Shown here one piece after another: positions 29,874-43,580 of a stretch of 64,000 nt of DNA (its first letter is position 1; each line of letters opens with the position of its first letter). A program made the translations under genes and the position numbers. The notes under the pieces are model-generated. The model was not told the DNA's origin. It was given only the letters and a program-made list of their open reading frames with translations, and searched no databases. Where the stretch lies: IMG/VR virus record IMGVR_UViG_3300033075_000428, positions 1-64,000 of that record; one strand, given 5' to 3'. The stretch comes from a virus. Its lineage: Duplodnaviria > Caudoviricetes.

Positions 29874-32800
29874 TCATTCTGCAGTCGCTTCTTGGATTGC
29901 AGCTGAAATGCTCATTCCAATCCATATCCCAAATAGGAATGGTCTCACAGGTTCTGACCACTCACGAAAGAAGATGAACAACGTTCCTAAGATTATAAGA
30001 AAGACCGTGTTTATAATCGGAAGTGTAATCAGGCCTTTTGGTATTTTCCTTGGTATAGGCATTGGGTCACCTTTCATTCAGCTAGTTGTTCTCCGATTTC
30101 CTTTATTACTTGACGCCATAATCTATGCTTATCTTGTTGTAATCTCACTTGTTGAGCTACTTCTTCAATGGTGGTCAGTTTTTCAAGAACGTAACAGGAT
30201 ATCTCGGGACTGCACTTTCCGAGAAGACAGTCTTGAAGAAATGCGTCACCAGTTTCTGCTAACTTGTGTAGATTGGTGCGTTCAGGAAACAAACGTACCA
30301 CATCAGGATACACGTTAGGACTAAACTTCACTGTTGTTTTCATGTGTTGTCCTCAGGACGATAAGGGTGATAGGCATTGACCTTTTCCTCTTGCCAGAAG
30401 AACGGGGTGTTACAGATTGAAGTAAACAATCCCTTGATGTCGTCCTCTTCTGGGGTGTCAGATGAGATTGTTCTCAGGAATCCACTGCTAAACCGCAAGA
30501 AGAGTGAGTCATCATATTCTAGCATCATGAATGCTAACGGGTCTTTTTGCTCAGCACATTGACGAAGCAAGTTGAGAAGTGCAGCATTGTCGTCAAGGTG
30601 TTGTGGCTGTCCGAAGATTTCTTCTGAGGGCTTCACGTTAGTTATTCCTAAAGTCTGTGTTGTGGATAATCTCTCGCTTGTGCTCTAACTCGTAGTCTGT
30701 CATTGCGTTGTACATATCAGCAAGTGTCTGTTCAGACGGTCTACCATTCTCAAGTTCAAAGCCATTGATGCTCAGAAACTTGGAGCCACCGTAGCCATAT
30801 GGAAAATTGGTAATCCAGAATGATTCGAACATAGTACCATCGTTGAACAAAACATTTGCAGTACATCCAGAAGGGCAATATTCTACTGAGCGTATACCAC
30901 TCTTGAGAGCATACTTCAACCTTTCATCATAGGACTGATTGTACTTATTCAAGTGGCCAACAAACATGTGATGTGTTGCTATCCATCTCTTGCGTTGTCT
31001 ATCGTAGGTAACGTAAGGCCACGTTACTTTCGGCAATAGTGTAGTATACAGTATCTTTCCAAGCGTATAGAGGCATAAGCCTATAATGTTGACAAAGAAT
31101 ACTTGCGCTATAAACTGGCAAAGTGGTGAGTTCATGGTTTGTTTGTCTCGTTGGGTATTGAAAATTCAACACACTTCAGAAACCGTGACGCTTCTCTGGC
31201 TATTGCCGACCGTGTTTTACGATTGTTTGGCTTCCCAATGTATTTCTCAAGAACAATAAACAACTCATCGAACAGTTGTTCCTTCGTTAACAGAGAAACT
31301 TCTCTTGTAGCCCACGCATATAGCTGACCTCCGTCAAGAGTCTTGAACCACTCAACACACATTGCTTGTGCTTCTGGGAATGTCATCGTCTCGTCAAATG
31401 TTCTCTCTTCAAAACGAAAGTGATAGTTTCTAAGTGGTATATCATTGACTCTAGCTTGAAATTTCCAAGTTGGATATGTATTTTGATGAAGTTGAATTAG
31501 TCTCAATTCTCCAAAATCACCGATTTGACATGCAACCCAACCAGTGTCAAGCTCTTTCCAGTCAAGTATGTTACTCATTGTTTTCCTCTAGTGCCTTTCG
31601 TACTGCGTACGATATTGATACTCTCAATACCTGTTTGTGGTGCAACGCAAGTTGGATTGGAGACACGTTGTTATAAACAGGAACGAACATACCGCTGGCT
31701 TGCACGAGCGTGAAGCAAGAGCCACAAACAGAAGTTCCGTTATCGTCTGAACGTGACGTCGGTATAGTACTACTACAGAATGAGCAAGTTAGACTCACTT
31801 GATTTCTTCTGTATGTTCTACACAACCAAACTCGTCATCGACTTTATCAAAATATGGACAGTAGTAATAGACAATGATTGATGGGTCATACGTTGCTAGC
31901 TCAGGTGTCCTGCTACCACATGTTTTACACCGAGGCATCGCCGCGATCAGTTCGTCGTGGGTGGCTTTCTTAGGGCGGAAATAGGACTTGCCATCACCGC
32001 CAATCGTATAATCCATGCTGTCAATCACATACAGCGTCGGTGTGGTGCTCATACCCTATCCTTGTGTTCAGTGCACTTGATTATGCTGTGTCCTGACATC
32101 ACGAGTTGCTCTGACAAAGCCAGTGCGTTTTTGACGAATTGGTCTACTATTGCACAGACGATTTGCTCTCTCAACCATTCTTTGTGCTTCTTATTTCGTA
32201 TGCGCTTGTTCATGCACGCTCCTTGTGTTCCTTACAACCAAAGTCACTTGGCATATTCAACTTCAAGTACTCACAGTAAGTGATTTGGCATTTAGCACAT
32301 GTACTACACTGAGGCATTCCTTCAATGAGTTGGTCATGAGTAGCTCGGATAAACTCTGGTTCACCACGTGAAATATTGCTATCTGGACGTACGTATACAT
32401 ACAGGGTCAGTGGCGTGCTCAAGGTATCACTCCAATCTTGATGAGGAACCAAACTTTGATACGTGACCAGAATGATGTACCATATGGGTCTTTCATTGGA
32501 ACTGCGTCACTCCACGAACCATCTGGGTTTTGTTGCTTATTCATTTCTTCGTCCATGCTTGAATGATTTTATTGAACTGTTGCTTGTTGTGCGCGTTGGC
32601 GGCGGCTTGGGCTTGCTTTTTCGATTTGCATTTGTGTGTTTTTCGTTCGATGCTGTGATACCAGAACCAATGGCCGCCCTCTTCTATAAGAGCGTAGAAT
32701 GATCCATGTAGTAATGCGTCCGCACGATCCCACTTGTCCCACTCCAAATCCTTGCATTCAATCGCAGCAATAATCTCGTCTGGAGTAGCAGGACGTTCGA

Positions 32801-33802
32801 ACTTGACGTCCACATAACCAGTCTCTACGTGCCCTAAATCATAGTCGACATAGTGCTTTTGCTTCATACCTTTTACGTACAATATCTGCTTAGCGCTCAT
32901 GATATTAACGTTCTTTCGGTATGTAGTTCATTCGGTAGTCATCTAATAGACGTTTTTGCAATGCGATCATCCGCTCTTGTTCCTCCAGCGTTTTTGCTGC
33001 TTCTTCAATGATAGCTAAGTCTCGTGTCTGTAATCGTTCACATTCCCTTTGTCCTGCTTTGCTACACGCGGTATCACTGCCATGATCACTCACTTCTACT
33101 TCACGCAGTGCTTTGGCTAGTTGTGTAGGTGTCATGATGTTAGTCCTCTCCATGCTCTGGTGATGATGTTAACAGGAAACCAGATAGCTATGGCAACGAG
33201 AATGACGAGTCCTGTGTTTCCATGCATGATGTGGTAGATGACTAACAAGCTATCCCATATGAGAAGCACAACTCCAAATATGAGGAACACAACATCGATG
33301 TTTTTGTTACGAGTACTCATCTAGGTTAACTCCACATCGGTCACAATAGCAAATTTAGTAACACCAGTAAAGCTGTCAGCATCTCGTCCATTATTCCAGT
33401 CAAAGTTCTTAGCACTGCCAATTTCTGGGTCACCATATTTGTGGTCAACGATGACGATGTCATCTTCTTTGACATAGGGAGGCATGAACTCACCAGTATG
33501 ATTGACCAAGTGTTGCCCCTTGACTTTGATTTTCATTCCTTGCCCCATGTGTCAATCAAGTTCTGGAATGCTTGTCTGTTGAGTTCATTGGCATTGAATT
33601 TAGCTTGGTCTACAGATTCAACAGTCTTGGGATTCTTGTTGTCAAGTGACCATTGCCAATTATTAGTCCCATCTCTCGTAATGAAGAAGTGCCCGATGAT
33701 TCCCATTGCGAAAAGAAGATTCCCATCAACTGAACCATCCCATTCCAAGTCTTTGCATTTGATTTTCATAAGGTTTCCACTTCTTGGTAGAATATCTTCC
33801 AC
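29874..33802 (-). other. Run of small hypothetical CDS (e.g. 30074-30343, 30340-30636, 30638-31135, 31132-31578, 31795-32052, 32541-32900, 32905-33153, 33321-33548, 33533-33802)
   Basis: Coupled minus-strand ORFs, several sharing short motifs. Confidence 0.6.
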
Positions 33803-34170
33803 ATCTCTTCAGGATGAATACTATCGAGAAACTTCTCTAGTTTTCGAAGAGTAGCTATTGTCAGTGGCTTTCCTTCACCTATTCCATTGATATCATCTAG
33901 TGACTCTTCAATGCTCATTCCTATTTCTCGAGTGTTCCACCAGTGACGTAGGGTGAATGGCCGACGATTTTCTCCAAGCCAGATGCCTAGCTTTGTTAGC
34001 GACGATGTCGTAATCCTATCGATGCTATGTACCTTACCATGGCATTTCGCACACAGGGTAACAGTCTTAGTGCCACCGAGTGACTTTGGTACAACGTGAT
34101 GCTCATGCAGGTCATAGGTGCTCCTGCATTCGAAACATGTTTTTGCTATGGTGTTTGTGCCTGTGCTCAA
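33766..34170 (-). CDS. HNH endonuclease-domain protein
   Basis: CFEC...HEHHVVPKSLGG..TVTLCAKCHGKVH. Confidence 0.85.
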   Translation of the reverse strand: MSTGTNTIAKTCFECRSTYDLHEHHVVPKSLGGTKTVTLCAKCHGKVHSIDRITTSSLTKLGIWLGENRRPFTLRHWWNTREIGMSIEESLDDINGIGEGKPLTIATLRKLEKFLDSIHPEEMWKIFYQEVETL

Positions 34171-34703
34171 CTCGTCTGAGTATCAATTGACTTCGTAATC
34201 TTCTGAATGACATCTGCAAGAGGCTTGAACATTGCGTGCAATTGAGACTGCTCAATTGCTGAGCGCAGTTGCTCGAGTAACTCCCATTGATGCTTTATCG
34301 TCTTCTCAAGAGAGATGATTAGTAGTGACTGGCCTTCTAACATCGAAGCAGCATGTAGCACTATTGCATCAAACTCATTTTTGTTGTATGAGTTAACGCA
34401 ACGTAGCTCGTGAGCCAACTCTTCTGGTGTCTTCTTCCCAGGAAGTGGCGACGGTATCTCGTCGCTCTTACTGACACAAGGGATACACATGCTTGGGCTA
34501 CGTGAACCAGTGGTGAGTTCATCTTTCACAGTTGCTGTGTCTGACCATGCGTGGACAGTGAATGCCCATCCCTTTGAGATTCTTCTTCGAAGAGCATTGA
34601 CTGTTAGACGTTCACAGTAGTAGTGTTGACGTAAGCTGTATTCAACAAACACTACTCCTTCAACGGGCAATGTCTTCATCGGTTGCGGATTGACTAGCTT
34701 CAT
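34167..34703 (-). CDS. Chimeric 'PQPM.TLP'-family hypothetical protein
   Basis: N-terminus shared with 38134-38559 and 38563-38796; C-terminus resembles 32905-33153. Confidence 0.65.
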   Translation of the reverse strand: MKLVNPQPMKTLPVEGVVFVEYSLRQHYYCERLTVNALRRRISKGWAFTVHAWSDTATVKDELTTGSRSPSMCIPCVSKSDEIPSPLPGKKTPEELAHELRCVNSYNKNEFDAIVLHAASMLEGQSLLIISLEKTIKHQWELLEQLRSAIEQSQLHAMFKPLADVIQKITKSIDTQTS

Positions 34704-34960
34704 TGTCTACCAGAATGAATAGGGTTCGGACAGTCTCCCGCATGCAGCATTGTGGCAGTTTCAGAGTAGTAAGGTGACCAATGATGGAAAAATACATAGT
34801 CACAACCACGAACGCGCTTGATTTGTGGTTCCCATTCATCACGCTTTTTGGGCTGAGTTACTGAATCCTTACGCTCAGTCACAGTTGATACTGTTTGTTT
34901 CTCAGAGCTACAACCTACTACCAAAAGTAGAATAGTAGCGAGAATGAGGTGACGTTTCAT
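34700..34960 (-). CDS. Putative lipoprotein
   Basis: MKRHLILATILLLVVGC lipobox-like signal. Confidence 0.65.
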   Translation of the reverse strand: MKRHLILATILLLVVGCSSEKQTVSTVTERKDSVTQPKKRDEWEPQIKRVRGCDYVFFHHWSPYYSETATMLHAGDCPNPIHSGRQ

Positions 34961-35126
34961 TTGGCATCCTTTGATGTTTGATTGTGGTAGTTACAGGAGT
35001 CGTTGTATATGTCCAGTTTACAACCACTGTTGTTGCTTTCTTTACTATTGCAGAACCAGTACTTGCGAGGATAGCATGATGAACTCTCGTAAGAGATTTT
35101 CTTTAGAGTGCAAGTTTCACAGGTCT

Positions 35127-38100
35127 TCATTTGGCAACCTTCTTGGCTTTCTTGCGTGCTTTCCTTGACTTACTGGTCTTGCGTCCCTTGAATGGCGTCT
35201 CCTCTTTAGGAGCTTCAGTCTTCCCAGTACGCTTGGGTGGTGCATAACCTGTGATGTCTTCTACAGACTTCTTGAGTGTACCTTCGAAATCATATCCACC
35301 CCCAAGTAGGAGTCCAGCAAGAATGATGTCAGATGCCTTCATTGAGATGCTTACTCCTTATCGTGCTGAACATTTTGGGCAAGGACAACTGATTCCATGG
35401 ACACAAATTCCACCACCAACTCGAATACCAGTACCATGACACTCGGGACATTGGTCATGGAGACAGGGTTGCCAATCAGGCTTCTGATTTACTTGCTCCA
35501 AGTGCTCACGCTGCCGCTTTCTGAGTTCACGTTCGTACTCTTCACGATTGACGTTATTAGATTGACCCCAACTCATGTTCACTCCTTGTGTTTAACTCTC
35601 AAAACTTGTCTTGTATCTCTCTGAGTACTAGAAGACCGAGAATCACTGCTGATGGCCAATACCACCCATTGCTAGCGAGTACATAAATGGCGTAAATTGA
35701 GATGCCATAAATGAATGCTCTAATGGGTACACCAATCAAAAGCAGAAGAATCTTCCGATTTCTTTCCTCAACATATGCTTCGTGGTAGTAGTATCTACCA
35801 GGAACATGTACTCCTTCGGGCATAGTCAAGTTCAACATCTCTGCTGCGTGAACTGCTTCATGTTTGAACGGAAAAGAAAAGTAACGAGCAGTCGTGTCCT
35901 TTTCCGCAAAACGAACATAAACCCACTTGCGTTTTGCTAGGACAAAATAGACAACCCAGCGTTCTTTACGCAGAAGAGATGTTAGGAGTGGGATGCGCAT
36001 CGTTCAATTGCCTCTGTTCGATTTCATCTGTAAGAGACGTTGAGCTTGGTAGTGAGTCTCACAAAGTTGCTTTGCACGTTCGTGGAAAGGTGAATCACCT
36101 TCGCAGAGTACACCTTCCTCGTCAGAAACGAATCTCCAAGTATAGATACTGTTGCTATTCCTAGTGACTCGATAGTATGTACCCTGTATTAACCCCTCAG
36201 CATAGGCACTGCCAGAAGGGTGTGTTTCCCATAGAAGTTTCTCAGAAGTGACCACAACTTTCTCAGTCCAAGATTCAATATTGGCAATCAGTTTATTGAA
36301 CTCATCCCTATTGTGCTCGTCACAGATTGATTTTGCGTCAGCAAACGAATATGATTCACCGATTGTACTGCTTGCGTTGATTCCAAACTGCTTAAATTCG
36401 ATGACGATTATCTCTGGCAAGAATCCAAGTGTGTAGTACCCTGTGATACCCTTATACGAGAGAGCAGTAAACTCTTTCGGTTCACCATTTACTTGAAAGA
36501 AACGTGATTCATGCTCTCCGTTTTCAAGCTCCTTACACGTCCTATTGAACTTATCAGACATGCTCATTCGCCCTTCTTCTTCTTCTTTTTGACAGTCACC
36601 TTAGCAGACTTGTTCTCAGTTCTCACCAACTTCCCTGTCGTTCTGTCACGATACATTGGAAGTTTCAGTACAGTAGGTGGCTTCTCCTCTTTCTGCTTCT
36701 TCTTGCTCTTCACCTTGATTTGTATCGGCATATACCACAAGACGTCGTCTTGAGGAACAAGTAATCCCCATTCCCAGAAGTAACAAATTGCAGTGGAAGC
36801 TGAGATGCGACCGTCTCGATGTTTACACAGCACAATCTGGCTGTCGGGGACAGGTGATTCCCCACCATGGTGGGGAATGAATTCAGACTCATCAACCTTC
36901 AACGTTACCATTGCTTAGTTCCTTGTGTTCTCCATACCACCTGTCCCGTTCTCTTGTCGCTTCATCAAATGCGTCAAGACAGTTCAACAGATACTTTGCC
37001 AATACGAAGTCAGGAGTGTTCGAACTATTCTCTGCTGAGTTCATGTTAATGGCCGCTCTGACCGCTTCGCCCAGCCCGTCTGGCTCTGAGAGGAACGAAA
37101 AGGAGTCTGTTGCAGCAAACTTTCCGCTAAGATTAGGAGAGCTGATAGGAGACCAAGCGAAGATTCCAAATCCGTGTTGAACCTTGTCAATGGCGAAAGA
37201 TGTTGTTTTACCATTCCACATCAGCACATTCACTTCATTGTATTCGTTTGCGTCTTTCTTTGTTGGTAACTGCTTATTCAGTGGTATCCAAATTGTAGAC
37301 TTTTCAAGTGCATTAGCTAGTGCTGAAAACATCTTGTAGTCATACATGTATGTTTCTTCATCACCATACCTTGCTTTGTCACGAAGATATGCTGCCAGTG
37401 TACTTCTGGTGAGTTCCGTAAGGTACATATCGAGATGGTCTCAAAGATTATGAAAAGAGTCGTACAATCAAGTATACAGGGAATGCGACACAGATAGCAA
37501 TCAGCGTCAGCACTCCACCGAATACGAAAGCGTACGCTAGAAACTTACCGAAGAGCGTTTCTGCTCCAAACAGTTCTGGTATTGAACTTCGGGAAACATC
37601 AAAACTCATTGTTCTACCTCAAATTCAACTGGAAGATAGTGAGTGATTCTCTCACCTGGATTTGACACGTCAGCCCATTCCCACGTCCAAAGTTCAGGAA
37701 GACCAAGGGTGAATCTGCCGTCACGTTCTAACACTAGAACATAGGTGCCGTCATACTTGGAAGGCCGATGCCCACCGTTGTGGACAAACATGTTCTTCTT
37801 GTCAATTGTGATCTTCATCACGTTTACTTTCAAGAGTCATTCGCTCATAGATTATGAACTCAGGTTCTGATTGCAAAATCTCAGCGTCTGCTGGGACTTC
37901 TGGAAAGAACTTGACATCATTAATATCTATCTCATTGACAGTAACAATTGTCTGACCTAATTTCAGTCCTGCTGAAAAGTCATAAAGTGCAGAGTGCACC
38001 CAGTTAAGGAGTTGCTCTTTTGATGCAAACTTTATGTTTGTGCTGATATCAATTGTTCCTTCGGTACATCCGTCAGAATCTAGGTCAATATCAATGGCAA

Positions 38101-41100
38101 AATGAAAACACATAATACTCTCTCTGTTGGTTATTATACAATCTCGTGAGACCACGCATGAACTTTGATATAAATTCCTGAAGTACTCTGTGGTTTACGA
38201 AATGCGGAAGCGTCACCACGTTGCACCTTTCGCAATGATTCTATCGATGCAGCAAAAGTATACTCCACATCAGCCCATACTTCACCACTCTCAGGAAGAG
38301 TGTCGGTTGGCTGTGGATTCAACAGACGAACGTGTTCGTCAGCAACTGATGCGGCGTATGCCCATGCAAGGAATTCACCTGTTCTACCACTGCCACTACG
38401 AAACAACATTTCATAGTCGCTAAACTCGAACAAACCTATGCTAGGTGGTCGTGGAGAAGAGTCCCAAGGTTGCTGTAAGATATACTCAAAGTGCAATCGA
38501 GTACCATCGCGAAAACTCTCTGGGAGAGTACTCATTGGTTGTGGGTCAATTAGCCGCATCGCTTAATCCTTTACGGTTGCAGTGTGTGACCATGCAACCC
38601 CAACGTAGTTAGGGAGTTTTAGAAGTGCATTTACAACACGTACTCTTTCTTCTTTTGTATATCGAAATATTCCGTTTGAGTTTGTGCGCTCAAATTCCCA
38701 GAATACTCTCCCGTCTTCTGGTAACGTCTCCATTGGTTTTGGGTCAACGAGCTTCATTGTTTTCTCCACTCCTCTCGGTGTGCTGGATGTGTCCACAATG
38801 GACTGCAGATAGCTTGGTCTGCGTAGTACTGTCGAAGTTCCTTTGGAATGGTCTTGTTGTACATGCCATCAAGGCACCACTGAAACCACCAAAGGTCAAA
38901 TCTGGTTTGTCACGAAACGTTGAACGCGTAGAACATTTTAGTCCTGCTCTTCAACGACACCAGTACCGTTGCAAATTGGACATTCCATGCCTTCTCCCAA
39001 ACCGTCTTCAGGAAGATAACCGTTGCCAGGGCATTCTGGGCATTCTACTTCCATCACTGTTTCTCCTTGTTAGTTGCCTGTAATTTTGCTTGTTCTGCTT
39101 TCCACTTCATGTTGCTGAGTCCTCAGTAGGCTGTTGACTACCACTAATGATGTTAGTGATTGGTCGTACAATGCTCAACGCTGATTCAATCGCTCCGTTT
39201 GGCCAGCCTTCGTCTCTTGACACTCGAGCTTCCCACTCCAAAGCTGGTACCAACTTTACAAGATTGTTCCAGTCAACAGTAGAATCAGCAATGTTCAGTC
39301 CAATGGCTCTTTTGATTGCAATGTCTTCATGAATACAACTGATGGTTTGCCAACCGTTCGTCACATCCCAACTACCCTCAGCATTCTTCTTTGCTTGCCA
39401 ATTCCCAACACTGCTGTTTTCAATTTTGTCACTCATAGTCCTCTTGCCTTAAGTTGTTTATAGTTTCTCGTGCATGTAGAAATTTCAATTCAGTCAGTGA
39501 CCACAGGAAGTCCTCACTGTAGATTGTATCTTTCAGTGTTGGTACTTGACCTGCTTCGTATGCAATTCGTGCAGCTTCCTCACGTTCAACGAAGCGATTC
39601 GTAGAAGTAAGAAATCCTTGCACGTCGTCACGAGACGGAAGTCCAGAAACAGCATGGTACTGTGACATTGCAAACCCATGTCCAACTCCAGCAAACACAA
39701 TGCCTTTGTCAATGTTACAGGGACGATGTACAACTACTCGCTTACCAACATAGTTGGGATACCAAACAGCAGAACACACCAAGCGTTCTTTCGAATCTGC
39801 TCCCCAAACTGGGTATTCTGGCTCATCAACGTCAGGACTCTCAGAAAGCTTAGGATTGTGCCTCAACAAGATGATGAGTTCAAGAATTCTTGCTGTACGA
39901 TGAGCTTGTGCTAAATGCCCGTATCCTGTAATACCTTGTGACAAACCTGCTGCATGTAGCGCTTCCGTCATCTCTTCATCAGTGAGCACACCACCAAACT
40001 TTCGTTTAGACTGGAGGTTCAGATTCATCTGGTCATGGTCTTCATTGTTAAGAGCAGTATCTATCTCTTTGAGGAACCGAAGGACTGCTCTCATTTCTGT
40101 GCCAAATTGTCTGTCGTCTCTCCGCAAACAAGATTCAAGAATGTCACACAACAGTGTGACTTCACCAAGCTCAACACCAGCGTCAGCTACCATCAGAGCA
40201 GTTCTACGCAAACCAGCAAGATGCTCATTTGTACCACAGAGTACTTTGCTCATGCCTTGTTCAACAACCCACTGACCACTGGACTCTTCCAGATACGTCC
40301 AATTTGAACTCATTTTCCTTCCTCCGATGATTCTGGTGGAATGGGGATAATCTTGACCTTAGCAATTGAGCGAAGGTAACGCATTAGCAGGTCGTATACA
40401 CTTCGCTCAATAGTAACATAGTCTTCATCACCTTGCGCTGTATCATACAACTCTTGACTAATGGCGTCTGCTTTGCTTAGGTCAACACCAGAATCTACCA
40501 CGGCTAATGCAATTGCATACAGCTTTGCTTTCTCTTCTGTCAAGTTTGGGACTGCTCCCTTGTTGGTCAATTTGAAGAGTGAGTTCTCAACACTGAAGAC
40601 AACACCATTACCAGTTACTTTCCAATTAGTCTTAGGAGTGTTGCTTGTTGGAATACTATTTGCTGGAATGCTCACTTACTTGTCTCCAAAATCTGGGTCA
40701 ATGTCAAGCTCCGAGTCACCTTCAAAGTTGAAGTCCCACGTGTCGTCTTCAGGTTCTTTAGAATTGTCTTCTCCACGAAACTTGTCTGCAAGTCTCTGCA
40801 GAGCAAAGTGAATCAGCGTTGGTTCACGGTCTCCGAGACCACCGTCCTTCCAAAGCTTATGTGCTCTCTTGAAGTTCTCTTCAGCAATGACAAAGTCTTC
40901 TGGGTCTAACAGTTGTCCACTCTGAATGCGTCTTGCCCAATGTCCAGGGATGATAGTAACAGGAATGGGATACAATACATCCTCAGTCTGAATTGTCGTT
41001 GCGTTGACTATTGCGTTCTCCCCACCCAGAAGGTCGGCCAACTCATTCGCATCAGACCATCCCTCTAGAACATTGCATGAAGTACTCATGTGGTTGTCCG

Positions 41101-41985
41101 TTGTGATAATGCGGATTTAAGTACATTTACTGTAGCTTCCGAACTGACATCGTTGTCGTGAATTCCAATTAGTCGATCATTGACATACAGACCATAACTG
41201 TGGTCGTGGCCAGCATTCATTTGCTTCGATTCAATCTTGGGCATCGGGATCAACCCGTATGCTGTCATCGCTTCTTCTCGTGTCATCACACATCCCCTGT
41301 CATTTTGTCGGCAATAGTTTTCATGAGCATGTGCTCCCATGAAGGCTCTTCCTCTTTGGGTCTACCTTTGTCCACCCATTTATCCAACTCGTTCAAATAA
41401 TCGTAACGAGTAAGACTGAGTTCTTCAACTGTGAGCAACTCACCACTCTTTATTCTCTCAGTCCAATTTCCTGAAATCAACGTACAAGGGTGGTCACCTT
41501 TCTCTTCTGGTATCTTAACGCCAATGTCACAAGGGATGTTAAGATTCTCAAGAGAGATGTGTTTGATTCCGCCGTCTCGTGGTTCAAATGTGGTCATTCC
41601 TTTACCTGTGCCTGATTATAAAGTTTACAAATGGAACGCGCTAGCTTCACTGCTTGCGTCTTGTTGTTTACATCAGCATCGTTTACAATGCCAATGAACC
41701 AAACCTTTGCAACAGCCCAATCAGTTCTACGGTCAAACACTGCAGAACAATGGTCATCTGTCTTGACAAAATACCGTGCCATTACTCACTCCGTTTCGTA
41801 TACGTGTCTTCGTCTTCATTGTGAACTTTATAGCCCATTGCTAAGATGACGCAATCCAACTTCGACCTACCGTTGTACTCCTGCATATAGTCAAGTGCAT
41901 CATAGAGGACTTTCGTCTTCTCCTTACACTTGAGTGCGTTGTACTTGTCTACAAAATCTTGGCTTGTGTAGGTCTTCTGTGCCAT
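35127..41985 (-). other. Run of small hypothetical CDS, many paralogous (e.g. 35599-36000, 36004-36567, 36564-36911, 36892-37428, 37802-38155, 38134-38559, 39107-39436, 39429-40313, 40310-40675, 40676-41089, 41286-41597)
   Basis: Coupled minus-strand ORFs; also short ORFs below the track cutoff (TM peptide ~37448-37609; CPEC/CPIC peptide ~38938-39054). Confidence 0.6.
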
Positions 41986-41986
41986 G

Positions 41987-42499
41987 CTATAGCAACTCCG
42001 CTAATGATGGTGTTGGTTCATACCATGATGGAATGGGACGATTAGTCCACTTAGCTAGATGCTTCTTCTCCTGCTGGTAGTATGCTCTGTAAGAAATCAC
42101 AGGATTGTTTGACTTCAGATGGTCTGGGATAGCTAGGGCAAACGGAGTGAGACCGCTCTTCTCTGTTATTTGCGGTGGGTTACTTCTCATCCAGTTTAGT
42201 ATGTCCTCGCATGCATGTGTCTTCCCATATCTGTGAGTGTACTCAAGACAAAGTGCATCAGCTAATTCAAGAAGCCATCTCCAATTATACAATGTCTCCA
42301 CAGACCACTTAGAACAGGGGTGATTCTTGTGCGTCGACTTGTAAGGATTCGCTCGTGGGTATCCGTCAAATGAGTGATTTGTTTCGTAGTATGCGAGATG
42401 CAACATCTGAGTTGATTCTAGAATCATCTTGACAACGTGCTTATCGTTATGATAAGTAGCGCATACATATGGATTCATATCAAGGATGAAGATGTTCAT
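41987..42499 (-). CDS. Pyrimidine-dimer DNA glycosylase / endonuclease V-like
   Basis: MNIFILD..P..CA.YHNDKHVVKMILES.QML, YKSTHKNHPC and EYTHRYGKTH motifs. Confidence 0.85.
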   Translation of the reverse strand: MNIFILDMNPYVCATYHNDKHVVKMILESTQMLHLAYYETNHSFDGYPRANPYKSTHKNHPCSKWSVETLYNWRWLLELADALCLEYTHRYGKTHACEDILNWMRSNPPQITEKSGLTPFALAIPDHLKSNNPVISYRAYYQQEKKHLAKWTNRPIPSWYEPTPSLAELL

Positions 42500-42613
42500 G
42501 TCGATTCTACTTCTTCGTGCTTCCTAGGATTCTACCTAGCTGTTGCTGAATCCACACCACACTCAGAAGTGTGGCAGTGGCAAGGTATGCTCCAAAGAGG
42601 AAGTCAAGAAATG

Positions 42614-43560
42614 TCATTTGGTCGGCCACGAGTCAGTGACAGGAATATGTTCAATACGCTCCCACTCAAGCCTAAACACTTGTTTGGCATACTCTCCACG
42701 GAATTCCTTCCGCAACTTTTGTGCGAAGAACTTAATCGACTCCACTGTTGGGTGTAGGAATGATATCATTGTATCATCTTCTCCAGATTTCCCAATGCTC
42801 TTCAGGTCATTTACCGTTAGCATCGTGAATAGCTCTTTGTAGTTCTTTCGGATGTAGGTCTCAAGAGCATATTCCATCTGTTCTTCGAACTTCTCCATCA
42901 CAATGTGTAGTGTTGTCAATGATGTCGAACCTAGCTCCTTGGGAGCTACAGTGCTTATGAAGCCATCACGCGTGGTCTCTTCAGACTTAGCGTACGCTTT
43001 GGGTTCTCCTTGAAGACCTTTGTTTTGCTGGTCAAGACGAAGATTTTGAATGACATGATATACGTCTGTAGCTTCACTTGGTGAGATGGGAATACTGAAT
43101 CCAGGTCTTGGGTTACTACCATCAAATGATAGGTAGAAGTTGGTTCCTGTCTTATTGACTTCTTCAATCACTACTGGTATCATCGCTTCATCTCCTATTG
43201 TGTTGCTTCTTGGCTTGCCGATTCATATGAATGGAAGCAGTTGTTTGCGTTGTAAAGAATCAAATCTGTTTCAGTGTCTGTCCAAACACGTGTACGAATC
43301 TCAAGAGCATTGTCAGTTCCAACGTTGATATACCAGAAGATGTCGCCGTGTCTAGGTTTGTCATCTTCCCTCATCTCTGTCTCATGTTGCAAACGAAGCT
43401 CACGCTCATGTTCAAGAAGTTGTTTCTTCTCTTCTTGAATGTCGTTGAAGCAGTCATAGCAGAATCCCCAGTCAGGGTCACCACCTGAGGACTTAATGTT
43501 GGTACCACACTTTCCGCAAAGTGCGTCTCCCCAACCTGGCTCAAGCCACCAAAGTGCCAT
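42614..43560 (-). other. Two hypothetical CDS (42614-43183; 43195-43560 with CxxC pairs)
   Basis: ORFs in minus-strand run. Confidence 0.6.
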
Positions 43561-43580
43561 TGTCTGTTACTCTGTTGTGT

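Noticed and set aside
33766-34170. Group I intron around the HNH gene
   Set aside because: Flanking genes appear intact and coupled, and there is no non-coding space for an intron core
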